Below, piece after piece: positions 1-13,325 of a stretch of 64,000 nucleotides of DNA (position 1 is its first letter; each line of letters opens with the position of its first letter). Location: positions 10,788,001-10,852,000 of the forward strand of contig OX597818.1 in assembly GCA_951406725.2 (NCBI GenBank), given 5' to 3'. The translations under genes and the position numbers were made by a program. The notes below the pieces were generated by a model. That model saw only the letters and a list, made by a program, of their open reading frames with translations, did no database searches and was not told the origin of the DNA. This DNA is from Octopus vulgaris (taxonomy: Eukaryota).

Positions 1-454
1 TATTTCCATCTATTTACTCCCAACTATTGCTCTAACTTCATTATACAGATACCTTCATCTCCAGCCTTTTTTTGCACTGATTTCTCCTTTATATATACAC
101 CATTTTTCTTCTCAAGATATCTTTCTTAGACATGGTCTTCTGTGCTCTGCTGAGATGTGATGTTTTGTGATGTCTCAGAGTTGTAATATATTTCTTATCC
201 CTACATCAGCCCTGGTCAAGATTACTGTTTTGACATTGAATGTCTTAGACTACATTAACCTATATTCCTTTCCCTTTGCAAGACAAAGTGTTATCTGAGG
301 GGAATTTCACCACTATTTCTAGCGGGTAGGTTGAGCAACCAGGTAAAGCTTTCACATTGCCATTTTTTTTACCTTTTTATAGTATATATCATCAATATAT
401 CATGAGAGACACATTTGATACAGATGATCAGTGTTCATTTCAAGTTGATCTACA

Positions 455-799
455 AAAAAAAAAAAAACAAAAAAAACTGGTACTCGGTCAGTTATGACAA
501 CGAGGGTTCCAGTTGATCCGAACAATGAAACAGCCTGCTTGTGAAATAAACATGCAGGTGGCTGATCACTCCACAGACCTGCATACACTTAATGTAATTC
601 TCTGGGTGATTCAGTGTCACACAGAATGTGACAAGGCCAGTCCTTTGAAATACAGGTACTACTCATTTTTGCCAGCTGAGTGGGCTGGAACAACATGAAA
701 TAAAGTGTCCTGCTCATAGATACAATGTACTGCCAGGCTACAAACTCATGAGCTTACGATCTTGAGCCAAATACCCTAACCACTTAGCCACATGCCTTT
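455..799 (-). mobile_element. tRNA-derived SINE (family D here), CpG-decayed
   Basis: Minus strand begins AAGGCATGTGGCTAAGTGGTTAGGG (A-box-like TGGCTAAGTGG) with a tRNA-like head, then a body of about 300 bp ending in a T-rich tail. Confidence 0.7.
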
Positions 800-1029
800 G
801 ATCTATATACACATACGCACACATGCATGGACATACATATGTATATTCAGATTTAATATAAGCTAAGATATGTCTGTGTGGTTAAGAAGACGGGTGCAGG
901 TATGGCTTCTTAACCATGCAGCCATGAGTAGATAGAAATTGGTCAGAAACCCATCACTTGAACTGAATCTGTAATTCAAAAGTCTAGATTTGTTACACAT
1001 TGTATGAAGAGAACTGGCCCCGAAGAGCC

Positions 1030-1232
1030 CTGTGCTACTGCCATGTAAAAAGCTCCCAACACACACTGTAAAGTGGTTGGCATTAAGAAGGGCATCTGGC
1101 TATAGAAACCAGGCCAAATCAGACTGGAACCTGGTGCAGCTCTCTCACTTGCCAGCTCTGGTCAAACCATCCAACCCATGCCGGCATTGAAAACAGATGT
1201 TAAAAGATGATGATGATGGTGGTGGTGATGAT
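1030..1232 (+). mobile_element. RTE-clade LINE 3' end (or partner SINE tail) with (GAT)n tail
   Basis: GTGGTTGGCATTAAGAAGGGCATC...CCAACCCATGCC...GTTAAAAGATGATGATG. The same 3' module is directly attached to RTE ORF sequence at 35650-36135. Confidence 0.7.
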
Positions 1233-2499
1233 GTCATGCTGATTCTATTTAAGGATTATGCTATGGGTATGCTTGTCTTTGGAATACTCTGCCACTTAAA
1301 TATACATTGGTTAACAACTGGAATAATTATAGTTGAAACCGACTGAGGAGCCATTTATGTTCCAGGCTGAATGCACACATGCATGTATCTGTATGTCTGT
1401 ATGCATGTGCACTGCATACTTGTATGTGTACTCATAGGCTGGAGTAGGGTCTTTTTGCATGTGAATGTATGTATATTTGTATTCATGAATCTGTCCGTCC
1501 GTACGTATGTATGTACGCACGTGTGTACGTACATATATATGTGATTGTTTCACCCCAATTTAATTCTGAATGAACAGATCCTGTTATGAAAGGTATTCCA
1601 CCCCCAATCATGCTGTCTTTTATTCAGACAGAGTGTATCTAAAACTACTTTTTCTAATATATTCTTGCTCTTTTCAGATAGTGGGTTTGAGGAAGATTTG
1701 TCCGCTTAGTTCTTCTACAAGATCAATCCACAACATAGGGATTTCATAGTTTTGGATGGTGTATATTTGTGCGTGGGTATGTTTCTATGTGCATGACTGT
1801 TCGTGACCGCATGCTTGTATACATTTGTAAGTACGTGTACGTGTACATGTATGTATGTGTACGTGCATATGTGTGTAGATGCAGTATGTTTGAGAAGCAT
1901 GTACCAGTTGTGAAGTGTCGATAGGCAAAGCTGTAGTTGATATTTATAATCATGCCTGTGATGTCGGCACTGGCAACTGGTTCTACGTACAGGAACCAGA
2001 TGTTGGCTTTAATCAGGCTCTCTTCTTCACTTTCTTATCATCTGCTTCAACTGAAAAAAGTCCACCACCATCTCATCACCAAGTATAAATATGTGTGCAT
2101 GAGCTAACGAGGGCTCTTTCTCCGTGTTCTCTTCACTTAAAGGCTTCCTCGTTGACTTGTCTTATGTAGTATGTTTTTTTATGTTGTTTATTTAGCTCTA
2201 GGTCAATCTTGATTGAGTAGTCCTATGTCTGATCACAGATACTTCACATACGACTGTTATGTCTTTTTTCTGAATAAGTAGGTCTACATTATCTAATGTG
2301 TACTGTTCTTATACAAAACTCTACATTGTAATTTGAGGGAGATTTGATGACCGTTTCTACCAGGTGAGCGACTACGTAGAAGCTTTTTGTTTGGTTAGTG
2401 TAGTGCATAAAAATAACTTATAGTGTTATATTGTGGTGTGACGGATATTAACTAAAGCAGCGTAAAGTATACAGTGAATTGTCGCGTGGAATAGAATTT

Positions 2500-3204
2500 G
2501 GTAAATTTTTATATTAACACCCGCACAATTTTCACTAAGAAAAAAAAAAACTTGGATTTTTTGCGTGGAATCAAGTACCCTGACCTCCTAATATGCTGCA
2601 AATCCTTTATTTTGGTTCGGAAGGGTGGGGGCGAGGAGGTGGATATATTTAATAACGAACCACACTCTGGAAAATTTATTTCTGTAAAATATTTTTTTTT
2701 TCTTAAATACACAAGATGCAGTCTATAAATTTAGGATGTTTTTGAAAGATACTATATTTTATCATCAGAATATATATACTTTTCTCACATAACAATTAAG
2801 ATATATTTATTTTAAATCGTTCATCTTTCTCTCCCTCCTCCACCCCGCCCACGCAAAAATTAGTTTGGGCGCGATTTTTATTTTTAAATGTTTTTCCTTA
2901 GTGAAAATCGTGCGGGTGATTAAGATCAATGGAGTGAAATTTCCGAGCTTCCACCTCACCCCACCCCATTTTTCGAACCCCCAAAAGAGTTTTGTAGCAT
3001 ATTAAGAGGTCACAGGAATTCATTCAACGAAGAAAAGAACATTTTCTAATGATTCAGGGGTGGGGGATGGGGGTTCCACCTCCTTCGTCCCTCCCCCTCT
3101 TCCAAACCAAAATAAAGGATTTGCAACATATTAGAAGGTCAGCAAAAAATCTGAATTTTTTTTTCTTAGTGAAAATCGTGCGGGTGTTAATGTAAAAATT
3201 TACC
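2500..3204. mobile_element. Non-autonomous DNA transposon, Merlin-like, long TIRs
   Basis: GGTAAATTTTTATATTAACACCCGCAC... versus ...GTGCGGGTGTTAATGTAAAAATTTACC; inverted homology extends about 140 bp; flanks TAGAATTT/TAGAATTC (8-bp TSD, 1 mismatch); extra internal copy of the right TIR near 2893-2922. Confidence 0.85.
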
Positions 3205-3462
3205 TAGAATTCTCCGTATTTATTGTATTGGAGAATGTTGCATACACCGCAGACAAACTGTAGTGTGATGTAGACGAAGCAGTATAGAATATACGGACTA
3301 TATATTGCCGTGTGGTAAGGGGCAGACTAAATTTTAAAAAAACCCTGTTATCCTTAATGGCTTCTTCAACTCCTATTTAGAATACATAACGCTTCTTCCA
3401 CGTATTCTGAGCCTCAAACTGAATAATTTGCTCGCACCAAGTAATTGCTACTGACGAATATC

Positions 3463-3584
3463 CGGTTAATCTCTAGTTTAAGACCCGGTCACAAAAATTT
3501 AAAAAATGATGTAATAGGTGTATAACAATGGTACGCTATCTTTTTTTCGTTTTTGTGACCGGGTCTTAAACTAGAGATTAACCG
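3463..3584. mobile_element. 122-bp MITE with perfect 35-bp TIRs
   Basis: CGGTTAATCTCTAGTTTAAGACCCGGTCACAAAAA and its exact reverse complement; flanked by AATATC on both sides (or GAATATCC/GAATATCT if the termini are GG...CC). Confidence 0.9.
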
Positions 3585-4171
3585 AATATCTGAGATCTAC
3601 ACTGTGCTATGGGACTGTTTACTAACCAAAATATGCCACCCACGAATACGTTTTAGAATAGTTCTCAGTCGAAGGATTTCAATTATCTCAGTATTATTGT
3701 TAGTCAAATGGGCAGTCTCATCTGAAATAGGATCGAGGTTTATTTCAACTCTGTCTTATTTCCCGTGTTACCATATCTAAGTGGTGCAAGCCCAAAATGA
3801 CATCGATAGATTAAAATGAATATAATTTAAGTGAACGGAGCGATAAAATTATACCTGCATACATATCGAACACCTTTTCCTAGTCACATACCGAATATTC
3901 ACTCCTGATGAACACATTTTCCCCAACCCCACCAAATTCTTTCTCAATCCCTCTCTCCCCTCATATATCTTATATCTTTCGTTTGTTTCAGTCATTGGAC
4001 TGCGGCCTTGAAGAATTTTTGTCCAACGAATTGGCCTCAGTACTTTTTTTTTAAAGTCTGGTACTTATTCTGTCGGTCTTTTTTGCCGGATCGTTAAGTT
4101 AAGGCGACCTAAACACATCAACACCAGTTATCAAGCGGTAGAAGGAGACACGCACACACATAGGCCTATAT

Positions 4172-4380
4172 CTCTTTTACTTGTTTCAGTTATTTGACTG
4201 CGGCCATGCTAGAGCACCGCCTTTAGTCGAGACAAATCGACCACAGGACTTATTCTTTGTAAGCCTAGTTTCTTATTCTATCGGTCTCTTTTGCCGAACC
4301 GCTAGAATACGGGGACGTAAACACACCAACATCGGTTGTCAAGCGATGTTGGGGGGACAAACACAGACACACAAACATAT

Positions 4381-4417
<37 letters not shown>

Positions 4418-4578
4418 CGACGGGCTTCTTTCAGTTTCCGTCTACCAAATCCACTCACAAGGTTTAGGTTTTGGTTGGACTGAGGCTATAGCAGAAATCA
4501 CTTGCCTAAGAGAGCTACGCAGTTGGACTGAACCCGAAACCATGTGATTGGGAAATAAACTTCTAGCCATATATTGCC
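4172..4578 (-). mobile_element. tRNA/CORE-like SINE family A, adjacent to an older family A tail (3970-4165)
   Basis: Reverse complement of the 22239-22670 copy: head, internal (CA)/(TA) microsatellite, and tail ...ACTGAAACAAGTAAAAGAG. Confidence 0.85.
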
Positions 4579-5429
4579 ATTCTTTCGTTTTAAGTATGAC
4601 AAGTGTCAAATTTGTGAGCTGGTTTCCTGATACATGACGTCATTCTCGGAAGTTTACGGATTTTTTTTTTGTTACTTTTGCACACATATGCACACAGTGT
4701 GTCATAGAATGAACACAACCTTTCAGAAGAAGTTTTTGAATTGTAAGTGCTTTTGCAGTTTACAGCCCTACTAGATATAACAGTCATCTTTCAGATCACC
4801 CTGTTGTCTTAAATACTGAAACGACGCAATGGATATGTAGAGTGGGTTACACCATGAATAGACAATAAATGTCTGAATAGTTACATCTGGTTGAAATACC
4901 TTTGAAGAGGGGTTACCCAAACAGTGCTGAGTTGGGGGTTAAGCAGTAACAACATAAACGGAGCATTTTTGTGGTCGTTCAACTTACTCCAAAAAGAAAC
5001 CAAATCACCTTGAAACTACGACTTATTTAAAGCGTCAACGAGGTTGTCCGAGCTGCTAGAAATCACTTTAAAACCGTCTTTAAAATAGAAGGGCGTATTG
5101 GGCAGAGTTGTATGTACAGAAAAAGACGGGATACTTATGGCCGGAAAATCTTTCGTCACACGCTGATTCAATCAGCTGTTACGTACCATAATGCTAAAAC
5201 AAGTGAGACGTCATATTTGAAAACAAACAAAAAGGAAAAATATAAATAAAGAGGAAGGATAAATTAAGAAAAGTTATTGCCCAGAATATGTCGCAAATAA
5301 TTTCTAATACACAGTTTACAGTAACGCGACTGTGCTAATACTAATAATGGTTTCTGACATTGAATCTTTAATAATGATTTATTTATGCACGAGGGACGTT
5401 AAGTCGCTCTACCGAGTCAGCCATTCGAA

Positions 5430-5775
5430 AACATATTTAAACTTGCTGTTCAAATATGTTTTAGGCTTATAAAAAATGCTTTTAATATATAGGAAAATAT
5501 ATTTGTATGGTTGAAAGATATTTAAAAACATATTTAATCTTTCTGTTTAAATATGTTTTAGACATAAATATGTTTTAAACATGTATGAAAAATATATTTG
5601 CATAGTTTAAAGAAATTTACATATTTTACATATTTAAACTTGTTGTTTAAATACGTTTTAGACATATATGTTTTGAACATGATTGAAAATATATTGTTTA
5701 GTTAAAAGATATTTAAATACTTAAAACATTTTCGAAAGTGCTATTTAAATATGTTTTAGATATAATTATGGTTAA
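5430..5775. repeat. About 3.5 tandem units of ~98 bp, AT-rich
   Basis: ATATTTAAACTTGTTGTTTAAATATGTTTTAGAC-like motif recurs at about 5433, 5530, 5630 and 5728. Confidence 0.75.
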
Positions 5776-5907
5776 GACATCGCAGACCGCCGTCAGTTAG
5801 GATTGACCATATAACTATAAATACTTTTTTTGTGCGCAATCCTGGGTAAAATTTATTTTATTTTAACTAAAATTTCCAGCTATTTGTACAACAAATCTAC
5901 TTTCACG

Positions 5908-6275
5908 CAGGCGAGCTGGCAGAATCGTTAGCACGCCAGACGAAATGTTAGCGGTATTTCGTCTGCCGCTACGTTCTAAGTTCAAATTCCGCCGAGGTCG
6001 ACTTTGCCTTTCATCCTTTCGGGGTCGATTAAATAAGAACCAGTTACGTACTGGAGTCGATATAATTGACTTAATCCGTTTTTCTGTCCTTGTTTGTCCT
6101 CTCTGTGTTTAACCCCTTGTGGGTAGTAAAGAAATAGGTATTTCGTCTGTCTTTACGTTCTGAGTTCAAATTCCGTCGAGGTCGATTTTACCTTTCATAT
6201 TTTCGGGGTCGATAAATTAAATATCAGTTGCATACTGGGGTCGATCTAATCGACTGGGCCTCTCCCCCAAAACCT
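5908..6275 (+). mobile_element. SINE family B, dimeric form
   Basis: GGCGAGCTGGCAGAATCGTTAGC head; GTATTTCGTCTG...GTTCAAATTCCG...CCTTTCATCCTTTCGGGGTCGAT block present twice (about 5954 and 6138). Monomeric copies at 48761 and 57980. Confidence 0.85.
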
Positions 6276-6903
6276 CTGGTCAAGGTAGGGCAACAGCTTG
6301 GCATCAGTTGACCTCAAACAGATACGTACTTTTTTGTCCGACGCTCTAACAATTCTATTAATCCACCGCCTGATATACGAATATTAATGTTTTAAACGTA
6401 TGTATGTTTTCCATAACGAACTATTTCAGTTATTACAAAACCAATCCGTATGTTTAAAGCGAATATTCCTTTGTCGCTTAAAGCTACGACGTAAAACCAA
6501 TTATATTTTTGACAAGATATGAGTAGGTTCTTCCTGCAAGTTGAAACTCTAAATTGATTTTTTATTCTTGAATGATGGCAGTTTTCTCCACTTAGCTTAC
6601 AACTTCACTAAGCTATGTGACAGTAGGTGTCACAGTGACACAATAGAATACTGCTTCTAAATCCCATATAGTATCTCTCAAAAGGACACCCGACTAACTG
6701 ATAGCCAAGGCCCTGAAATTTTTCCCCACAGAAATGTTGTGTCCTTATTCTACCCTTTGAACTGCAATTATACAGTGGCTTCTGCTTCTCGCTACTTTAC
6801 CCAGCGCCTCTTCGACTCATTTATTTCTCCTCCTCTTGTTACTAACTTTGTGTCTACTTGCCCATACGCCGCTCTGACCAATATTTCCAATCTTCCTCTA
6901 GAG

Positions 6904-7057
6904 TAGTGATCCCCAGCCTTTTTACTGTCAAGAACCCCTTTTATTCAAATAAGTTTTCCCACGGACCCCAGGATATTGAGAAGTCTGTCAGCTTAACATG
7001 CCGACAGAATTCCCCTCTCCAGTACTACCTTTGCGGACCACAGGTTGGGAACCACTG
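6904..7057. mobile_element. hAT (Charlie-like) MITE
   Basis: TAGTGATCCCCAGCCT / AGGTTGGGAACCACTG TIRs; 8-bp TSD CTCTAGAG/TTCTAGAG, matching the NTCTAGAN-type target of hAT-Charlie elements. Confidence 0.85.
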
Positions 7058-7167
7058 TTCTAGAGAATGTCAACGCTCTGGAATTCTTTCTATGTTCACG
7101 TTTCTACCGTACACACCAATTTATGGTTGTTCAAGAGCATCAATCGTATCGAACTCAGAAAGGCTCG

Positions 7168-7583
7168 GGATCTTTTCGGTTTGAACGGCAGCTTTTTTCT
7201 AGCGGTGTCATATGAAATTGTCACCCATAATTATAACCCTATTATCGATCTATTGCATTTCAATCTGTTTTAGGGTTAGGGGTGGGGGGAAGGGTATCTT
7301 TTTTTACTTCAGAAATGTAAATAAACCCAATCTGTTTCTTAAACGAGGGACATATTCATACGGCACAGAATGTTTTCACCTCAATAGATGTCATTGATTG
7401 GTTGAAATTGCAGAAATTGAAGAAAAACAACAACAAATATCTTAACAAACTATAGAATTTTCTCAATAAAGCCAAGAGAAAAAAAGATGTTTTATAAACA
7501 CATTCTACCAGTATACGAAGTTTAAAAGTGTTTAGTTACGTGGAAATTATTTTATAAAACTGCCGGTCAAACCGAAAAGATCC
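7168..7583. mobile_element. Merlin-like MITE carrying TTAGGGTTAGGG
   Basis: GGATCTTTTCGGTTTGAACGGCAG / CTGCCGGTCAAACCGAAAAGATCC TIRs; perfect 8-bp TSD AAGGCTCG (7160-7167, 7584-7591). Confidence 0.9.
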
Positions 7584-7941
7584 AAGGCTCGAACTGAAAA
7601 AGGAATTCTCTATATGGTCGCTCCATCCGCTAGTAACAGAAGTCAAATGTCCCTCAAATTCACACTATACGCCTTTGAAACGAATATATTGGATATGTTC
7701 GTGAGGTCCCTGCGCATGGATGACTTTTTATTATATGTATATGGGGGGGGGTAAGGAATTAAGAAGTTTGCTTTCCAACCACTTGGTTCCATTTTAGTCG
7801 CACTGCACGGCATCTCAGGCATGTGTCTTCCATTGCCTCGAGTCGACCAATGCCTTGCACGTTAATTTGGTAGGCGGAAACTGCGTAGCAGTCCGTCGTG
7901 TGTGTGTGTGTGTGCACTTCCATCCTTATATATGTGTGTGC

Positions 7942-8287
7942 GCGAGGTGTGGCTGTGTGGTAACAAGTCTGCTTTTCAGCCACATGGTCCTGAGTTCAGT
8001 CTCACTGCGTGGCACCTTGGGTAAGTGTTTTCTATTATAGCCCCGGTAGACGGAAACTAAAAGAAGCCCTTTGTAGGTATGTGTCTGTTTGTGTCTGTAT
8101 TTGTCCCCAACACCGCTTGACACCTGGTATTGGTGTGTTTACTAAGCCGTTCGGCAAAAAAGATCGATAGAATAATTACCAGGTTTATAAAAAGATAAGC
8201 ACTGGGGTCGATTACTTCGACTAAAATTCCTCAAGGCGATGCCCCAGCAAGGCCGCAGTCTAATAACTGAAACGAATAAAAGAATAC
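7942..8287 (+). mobile_element. SINE family A following the microsatellite of an older family A head (7755-7915)
   Basis: GTGGCTGTGTGGTAA...GGCACCTTGGGTAAGTGT head; tail ACTGAAACGAATAAAAGAAT. Confidence 0.85.
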
Positions 8288-10179
8288 ATATAAAATAAGG
8301 ATAGAGGATATACCCCAAGGAGCATTCTGCGAATTTAATATACCTATATTATATTATGCAAACTCGTAGTATAGTGAATTGATAATTTTCGATTAACTGA
8401 GGTTATCCTTGTATTTAGTGCACAGAACTGCTTAAAATGAATCAAACAAGGAAGATAACTTCAATACGGTCAATCAACTGAAACTTTAAAGCTAACTGGT
8501 GAACAAAAATGAGAAGAAAAGAACGGACGTATTTCAGTTTTATTAGATCACTCACCGAGCTCATTTACCTTAGTTTTCCTAAAAGAAAAAAAAAATGAAA
8601 AAAAAAAAAAGTGATTTCGTTGGAGTGATTTCCAATGTAGTAACTTAAAATAGTAACTTAGCCAATTGATAACTGTGTGTGTGTGTAAAATAATACCAGA
8701 CTGAAATGCATACTGGGACCGTAATTATCGACTAAAAATCTTCGAAAGCTGTATCCCAGACTGGCTTCATTCAAATTATTCCGTGCGTGTGTGCAAATAA
8801 GGAAAGCTTTTCTTTCAAACATGTTTGTTATATTAAAGACGTGACTGTGTTCGAGTTTAATCTTTCTTTTATTAAATAGTTTTTCACATTTCCTTATTAG
8901 TCTTTTATGTTTAGTGTGGAACAATAGTCTTCCATTAGTCCATTAGCGTTTTAAAACTTTTACGGTCTTATCTTCAGAATGAAATGATGGTAATAGTATC
9001 GTATTGTTCGCCGACAACCGGTGTAGCTTCGAAATCACAGTCAATAAAATTATTAAAAATATCAGACTTTACACTTGTAATGAGTCCCTTATCCAGTTAA
9101 TGTTCAGTTTTATGCATATAAGAACACTCATTTTTAGCCCACTCCCATTCATACACACACGAAACAAAAAAAAACAAAAATCATCCAGCTTCCCCTCTAA
9201 CGTTTTGTCTTCTTTCCTATCTCTTCCTAAACATCCTTTCATCTACAAACAGACCTCTTTCAACAATATAACCAGCCCCAATTTTGCCCTCCTCTTTTCC
9301 CCTCTCCATCCGTGAACTTCCTTTCTTCCCTCTCTCACCTCCCTCTACTCTCAACGGACTTCCGTCATTCAAGCGCGCGCACACACATGCGAGCAAGCGT
9401 ATACATACACACGCTCACAATCACATACTCAGACTGAATGGCGTGCGCGCGAACGTACACATAAACGAACACACACCAACAGACTTGGATACACACACAT
9501 ACGCACTCACACACCTCTGCTCCCTCTCTCATCGAAAAACTAAGCTCCCTCCGTTCCTGCCGCCAAAACCCTTTTTCCAACAGCCACCCACCTCGTCCAT
9601 CACTATACTACGGCACCCCCCACTTCTATCTTCGTCATACCGTTTTCTTTTCACTCCCCATCCTACTTCCACCTTATCTCGTACATCCCTTTGCACTCAC
9701 ACCTCCTACCTTTTACCTCACTCTGAGCTAAACCTCAACACACAGACAACAACCTCAGTATGTATATATCCTCAACATACACACGTGCACACATGACAAT
9801 CACAGTACACAACGCATCCTTAGCACTCCGCACATACACACAACCTCAACGCACACTTACATACGTCCAGTACACACAGAAAAAAACCTCCTCAGCACAC
9901 ACTTGCTCATATATACTTACACAGATCCAAACCACCATCCCTCTATCTTACACCACTCGTTCTCCATTAGCCTCTTTACCCTCACCCACCACCTATTATT
10001 ACCACGCCTCCTAATTTTTTTGCTTTGTGGTTGTTGTGATGGTGGGAGGGCATTTGGAGGTGGTGATAGTGGTTATGTATATATATTGGTGATTAATTAT
10101 TAGTAGTTGGGCAAATTAGTTGTGGGGGCTGGAGACTACTACTACTAAAAAAATCTAAATGGTCGAGTTAACAAGGGAG

Positions 10180-11310
10180 TTTCTTGGCGTTCACTCGACC
10201 TGAATAGAAATAGCCAAATTTCAATCAAATCATAGCCTGCGGTCTTAAATAAGATGATACATTTAAGGTATTGTTAAACTACAGAAACTGGAATGGTCAT
10301 GGTTGGAAGGCCTTCGATTATAGGTATGTCTGTTCGCTTAGGGTGACCTTAGGCTAAACACTAACAACAAAAGTGGTGATTTTGAGAGGAGGAAAATGTA
10401 TTTGGTCGTAAGAGGTTGTGGATTTCTTAATAGGAAAAATAAGTCACATGAACCAACGTAAACCACGACTAGCAATGAATTGTGAAAGAAGGAGCCTCTA
10501 AGCGGTCATTCGACCTGCTAGATATAGCAGTCGTATCTTTTAGATCAGTCAGTGAGAAATTAATAAAATAAAGTGAGTAATGTAATGCTATATAAACTGG
10601 CTAAAATAGGATGGTCCCAGGTGGAACATGTTTTGATTATTAAGTCAGCTCGATTGTATATGACGGCCTAAACAAAGATCACCCCCGTCTTGACCACCAT
10701 TACAATCACCATCGCCACATTAATACCACTATAGCCAAGCTATTAACCACAGTGTAAGGTTCTAAAGGGCTGCTGGTCATCAATGACTCTCTCGGTGGCT
10801 TTTAGGTATGCTAGAAATAGCAGTGAAATTTTCCTTCAAATCATAAAAACGGAAAAAGTATACATTTCATGTAATCCTTGGATGGTCATCCCTGGAACGT
10901 TTTTAATAAATGAAGTCTCTCCACACCCAAGTCTAAACCGCAATGACCAGGAATCATCGAAGTCACTCGATAGGCTAGAAATAGCAACCAAATCATCCTT
11001 AAACCAGCTGTCATAAAAAGGAGAGATTTCATCGAATAATGTAATCATAAATGATCTGATTAAAAAAAGGTGGCCACGGTTAGAACGCTTTTGATTGTAA
11101 TGGTCTGCCTAGCAAAGTCTAAGACAGTGCTCAGCAACGTCACATCAGTCAACGAAGCCCTTCAGCTTATTAGAAATAGCAGCTAAACCTTATCCTTACA
11201 GCTTAATATTTTTCCTTGTTTTTTTTTTTTTTTAAGGAAATGTTTTCCCCTGGAACATCAATGATCACAAGAATGTTTACTCGATCAGGACTGCTCCAGG
11301 CCCAAATAAC
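10180..11310 (+). repeat. Cluster of five same-orientation copies of an old ~190-bp interspersed repeat (family F)
   Basis: TCGACCTGCTAGAAATAGCAGC...GATGGTCATGGCTGGAA...CTAAACAACAAC motif at about 10190, 10505, 10800, 10965 and 11165. Many more copies elsewhere on both strands. Confidence 0.75.
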
Positions 11311-11527
11311 CACTCTACACTCACAACGCCCTATTAATGCTGTTGAATAAAGTGACAGAATTTGTTGCTTTTGAAGAGATGGTGTGGAGGGTAACAAGAC
11401 GATTCCCTCCACCTCTCCTTGCGCCCACCATTTGTCTGTCCGTGTGTCAGTCCATCAGCTGTTGCCCAATTTCATACATTCCTCCCCGCATCACCACCGT
11501 CATCCACATCCCCCCCTTTCTCTCTCT

Positions 11528-11573
<46 letters not shown>

Positions 11574-11757
11574 CACTCCTCTTCCATTTCTACATCAATA
11601 CCACCACCCATATCTGCTGCTCTTCGCTCTTACATCTTCCATCAATCCCTCTCACTTTCACCCTCCTTAATTTTTTCCTTCATCCTCCAACCAGCCTCCA
11701 GTCATCTTTGTATTGTAGCCTTCTCACATCCTACCACTCTCATCTCTGCCCTCTCTC

Positions 11758-11805
<48 letters not shown>

Positions 11806-11957
11806 ACATACACACACACCACCACCATCACCACTACTTCTCTTTCCACCACCTCAACAATTCTAGGAACTTATCCACCATCACTAATGCTATTTACTCG
11901 AAACCCATTTCTACCTCTTGTATGTTACCCCAACACTCTTCTCTTTTCTCTCCACCT

Positions 11958-12059
<102 letters not shown>

Positions 12060-12116
12060 TATCTTGTACTGGTTTTACTTTTAGACTGCGGCCATACTGG
12101 GACACACACACACACA

Positions 12117-12298
12117 ATAAATATTATTCAATAATAAAGGTTGAGAAAACGGAGAGTTGGTAAAGATGTAAATCGATTCAGGGATTTATTTGTATTCAGT
12201 TTTTACCTTGGAACTATGTTAAATTAATTTACATCTTTACTAACTCTGTTTTCTCAATCTTTCCTTTTTTTTTTTTTTGTTTTTTGAATAATATTTAT
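12117..12298. mobile_element. Foldback-like MITE
   Basis: ATAAATATTATTCAA...TTGAGAAAAC...GTAAAGATGTAAAT is mirrored by ATTTACATCTTTAC...GTTTTCTCAA...TTGAATAATATTTAT. Confidence 0.7.
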
Positions 12299-12307
12299 AA
12301 TAATCCC

Positions 12308-12662
12308 CGGCAGGAGTGGCTGTGTGGTAGGTAGCTTGCTTACCAACCACAAGGTTCCTGGCTCAGTCCCACTGCGTGGCACCTTTTTCTATAGCTTCGG
12401 GCCGACCAAAGCCTTGTGAGTGGATTTGGTAGACGGAAACGGAAAGTCTGTCGTGATTTATATATATGTATGTGTGTTTGTGTGTCTGTGTTTGTTCACC
12501 CAACATCGCTCGACAACCGATGCTGGTGTGTTTATGTCCCCGTAAGAGACCTATAGAATAAGTACTAGGCTTACAAAAGTAAGTCCTGGGGTCGATTTGC
12601 TCGACTAAAGGCGGTGCTCCAGCATGGCCGCAGTCAAATGACTGAAACAAGTAAAAGAGTAT
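12308..12662 (+). mobile_element. SINE family A (internally deleted)
   Basis: GCAGGAGTGGCTGTGTGGTAG head through AATGACTGAAACAAGTAAAAGAG tail. Confidence 0.85.
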
Positions 12663-13192
12663 ATATATATATATATGAGAGAAAGAGAGAGAGATATGTA
12701 TTGTGTGTGTAAAATCCCGCCCTTTCCTTTGTCATCCTAGTACTTCTACAATTTTGGGTTTTGCACCATACACTGTTACTACCACCACGTTATTAATACT
12801 GCTGCCTCTACAACTACTTTCATTACAACTACTTGCATAGTTTTTCTTCATATTTCTCTGTCTTTTTATACACCCATGTCTTTCTCGCAATTCCACCCCA
12901 TTTCTCCCTTCTCGACGTTCCCTGCCCATCTGGGACTTCGTTCCACCACGATCATCACATCACTTGCCCTTTGAAACAGTCTGCTCCGCCCCCTCCAATT
13001 GCTTCTCTCTCTTCCCCTCTCTCTCTCTGGGTCCCTGTCTATCTCTCTAGCATCCTTCACCCCTACCTTTGTCTGCTGTCCTGCCTTGTTCCCCCTCCCA
13101 ATTTCTATAATTTCATATTCTGTGAGTGGGAAAGAGGTTCTTTCTCGTCACTCCACTTTTTACCCTTTAAGGGTGGTTTAACCGCATATATG

Positions 13193-13224
<32 letters not shown>

Positions 13225-13269
13225 TACATACTTGTACACCCACATAAATGTCTTTGTAAACGTGTGTTT

Positions 13270-13325
<56 letters not shown>

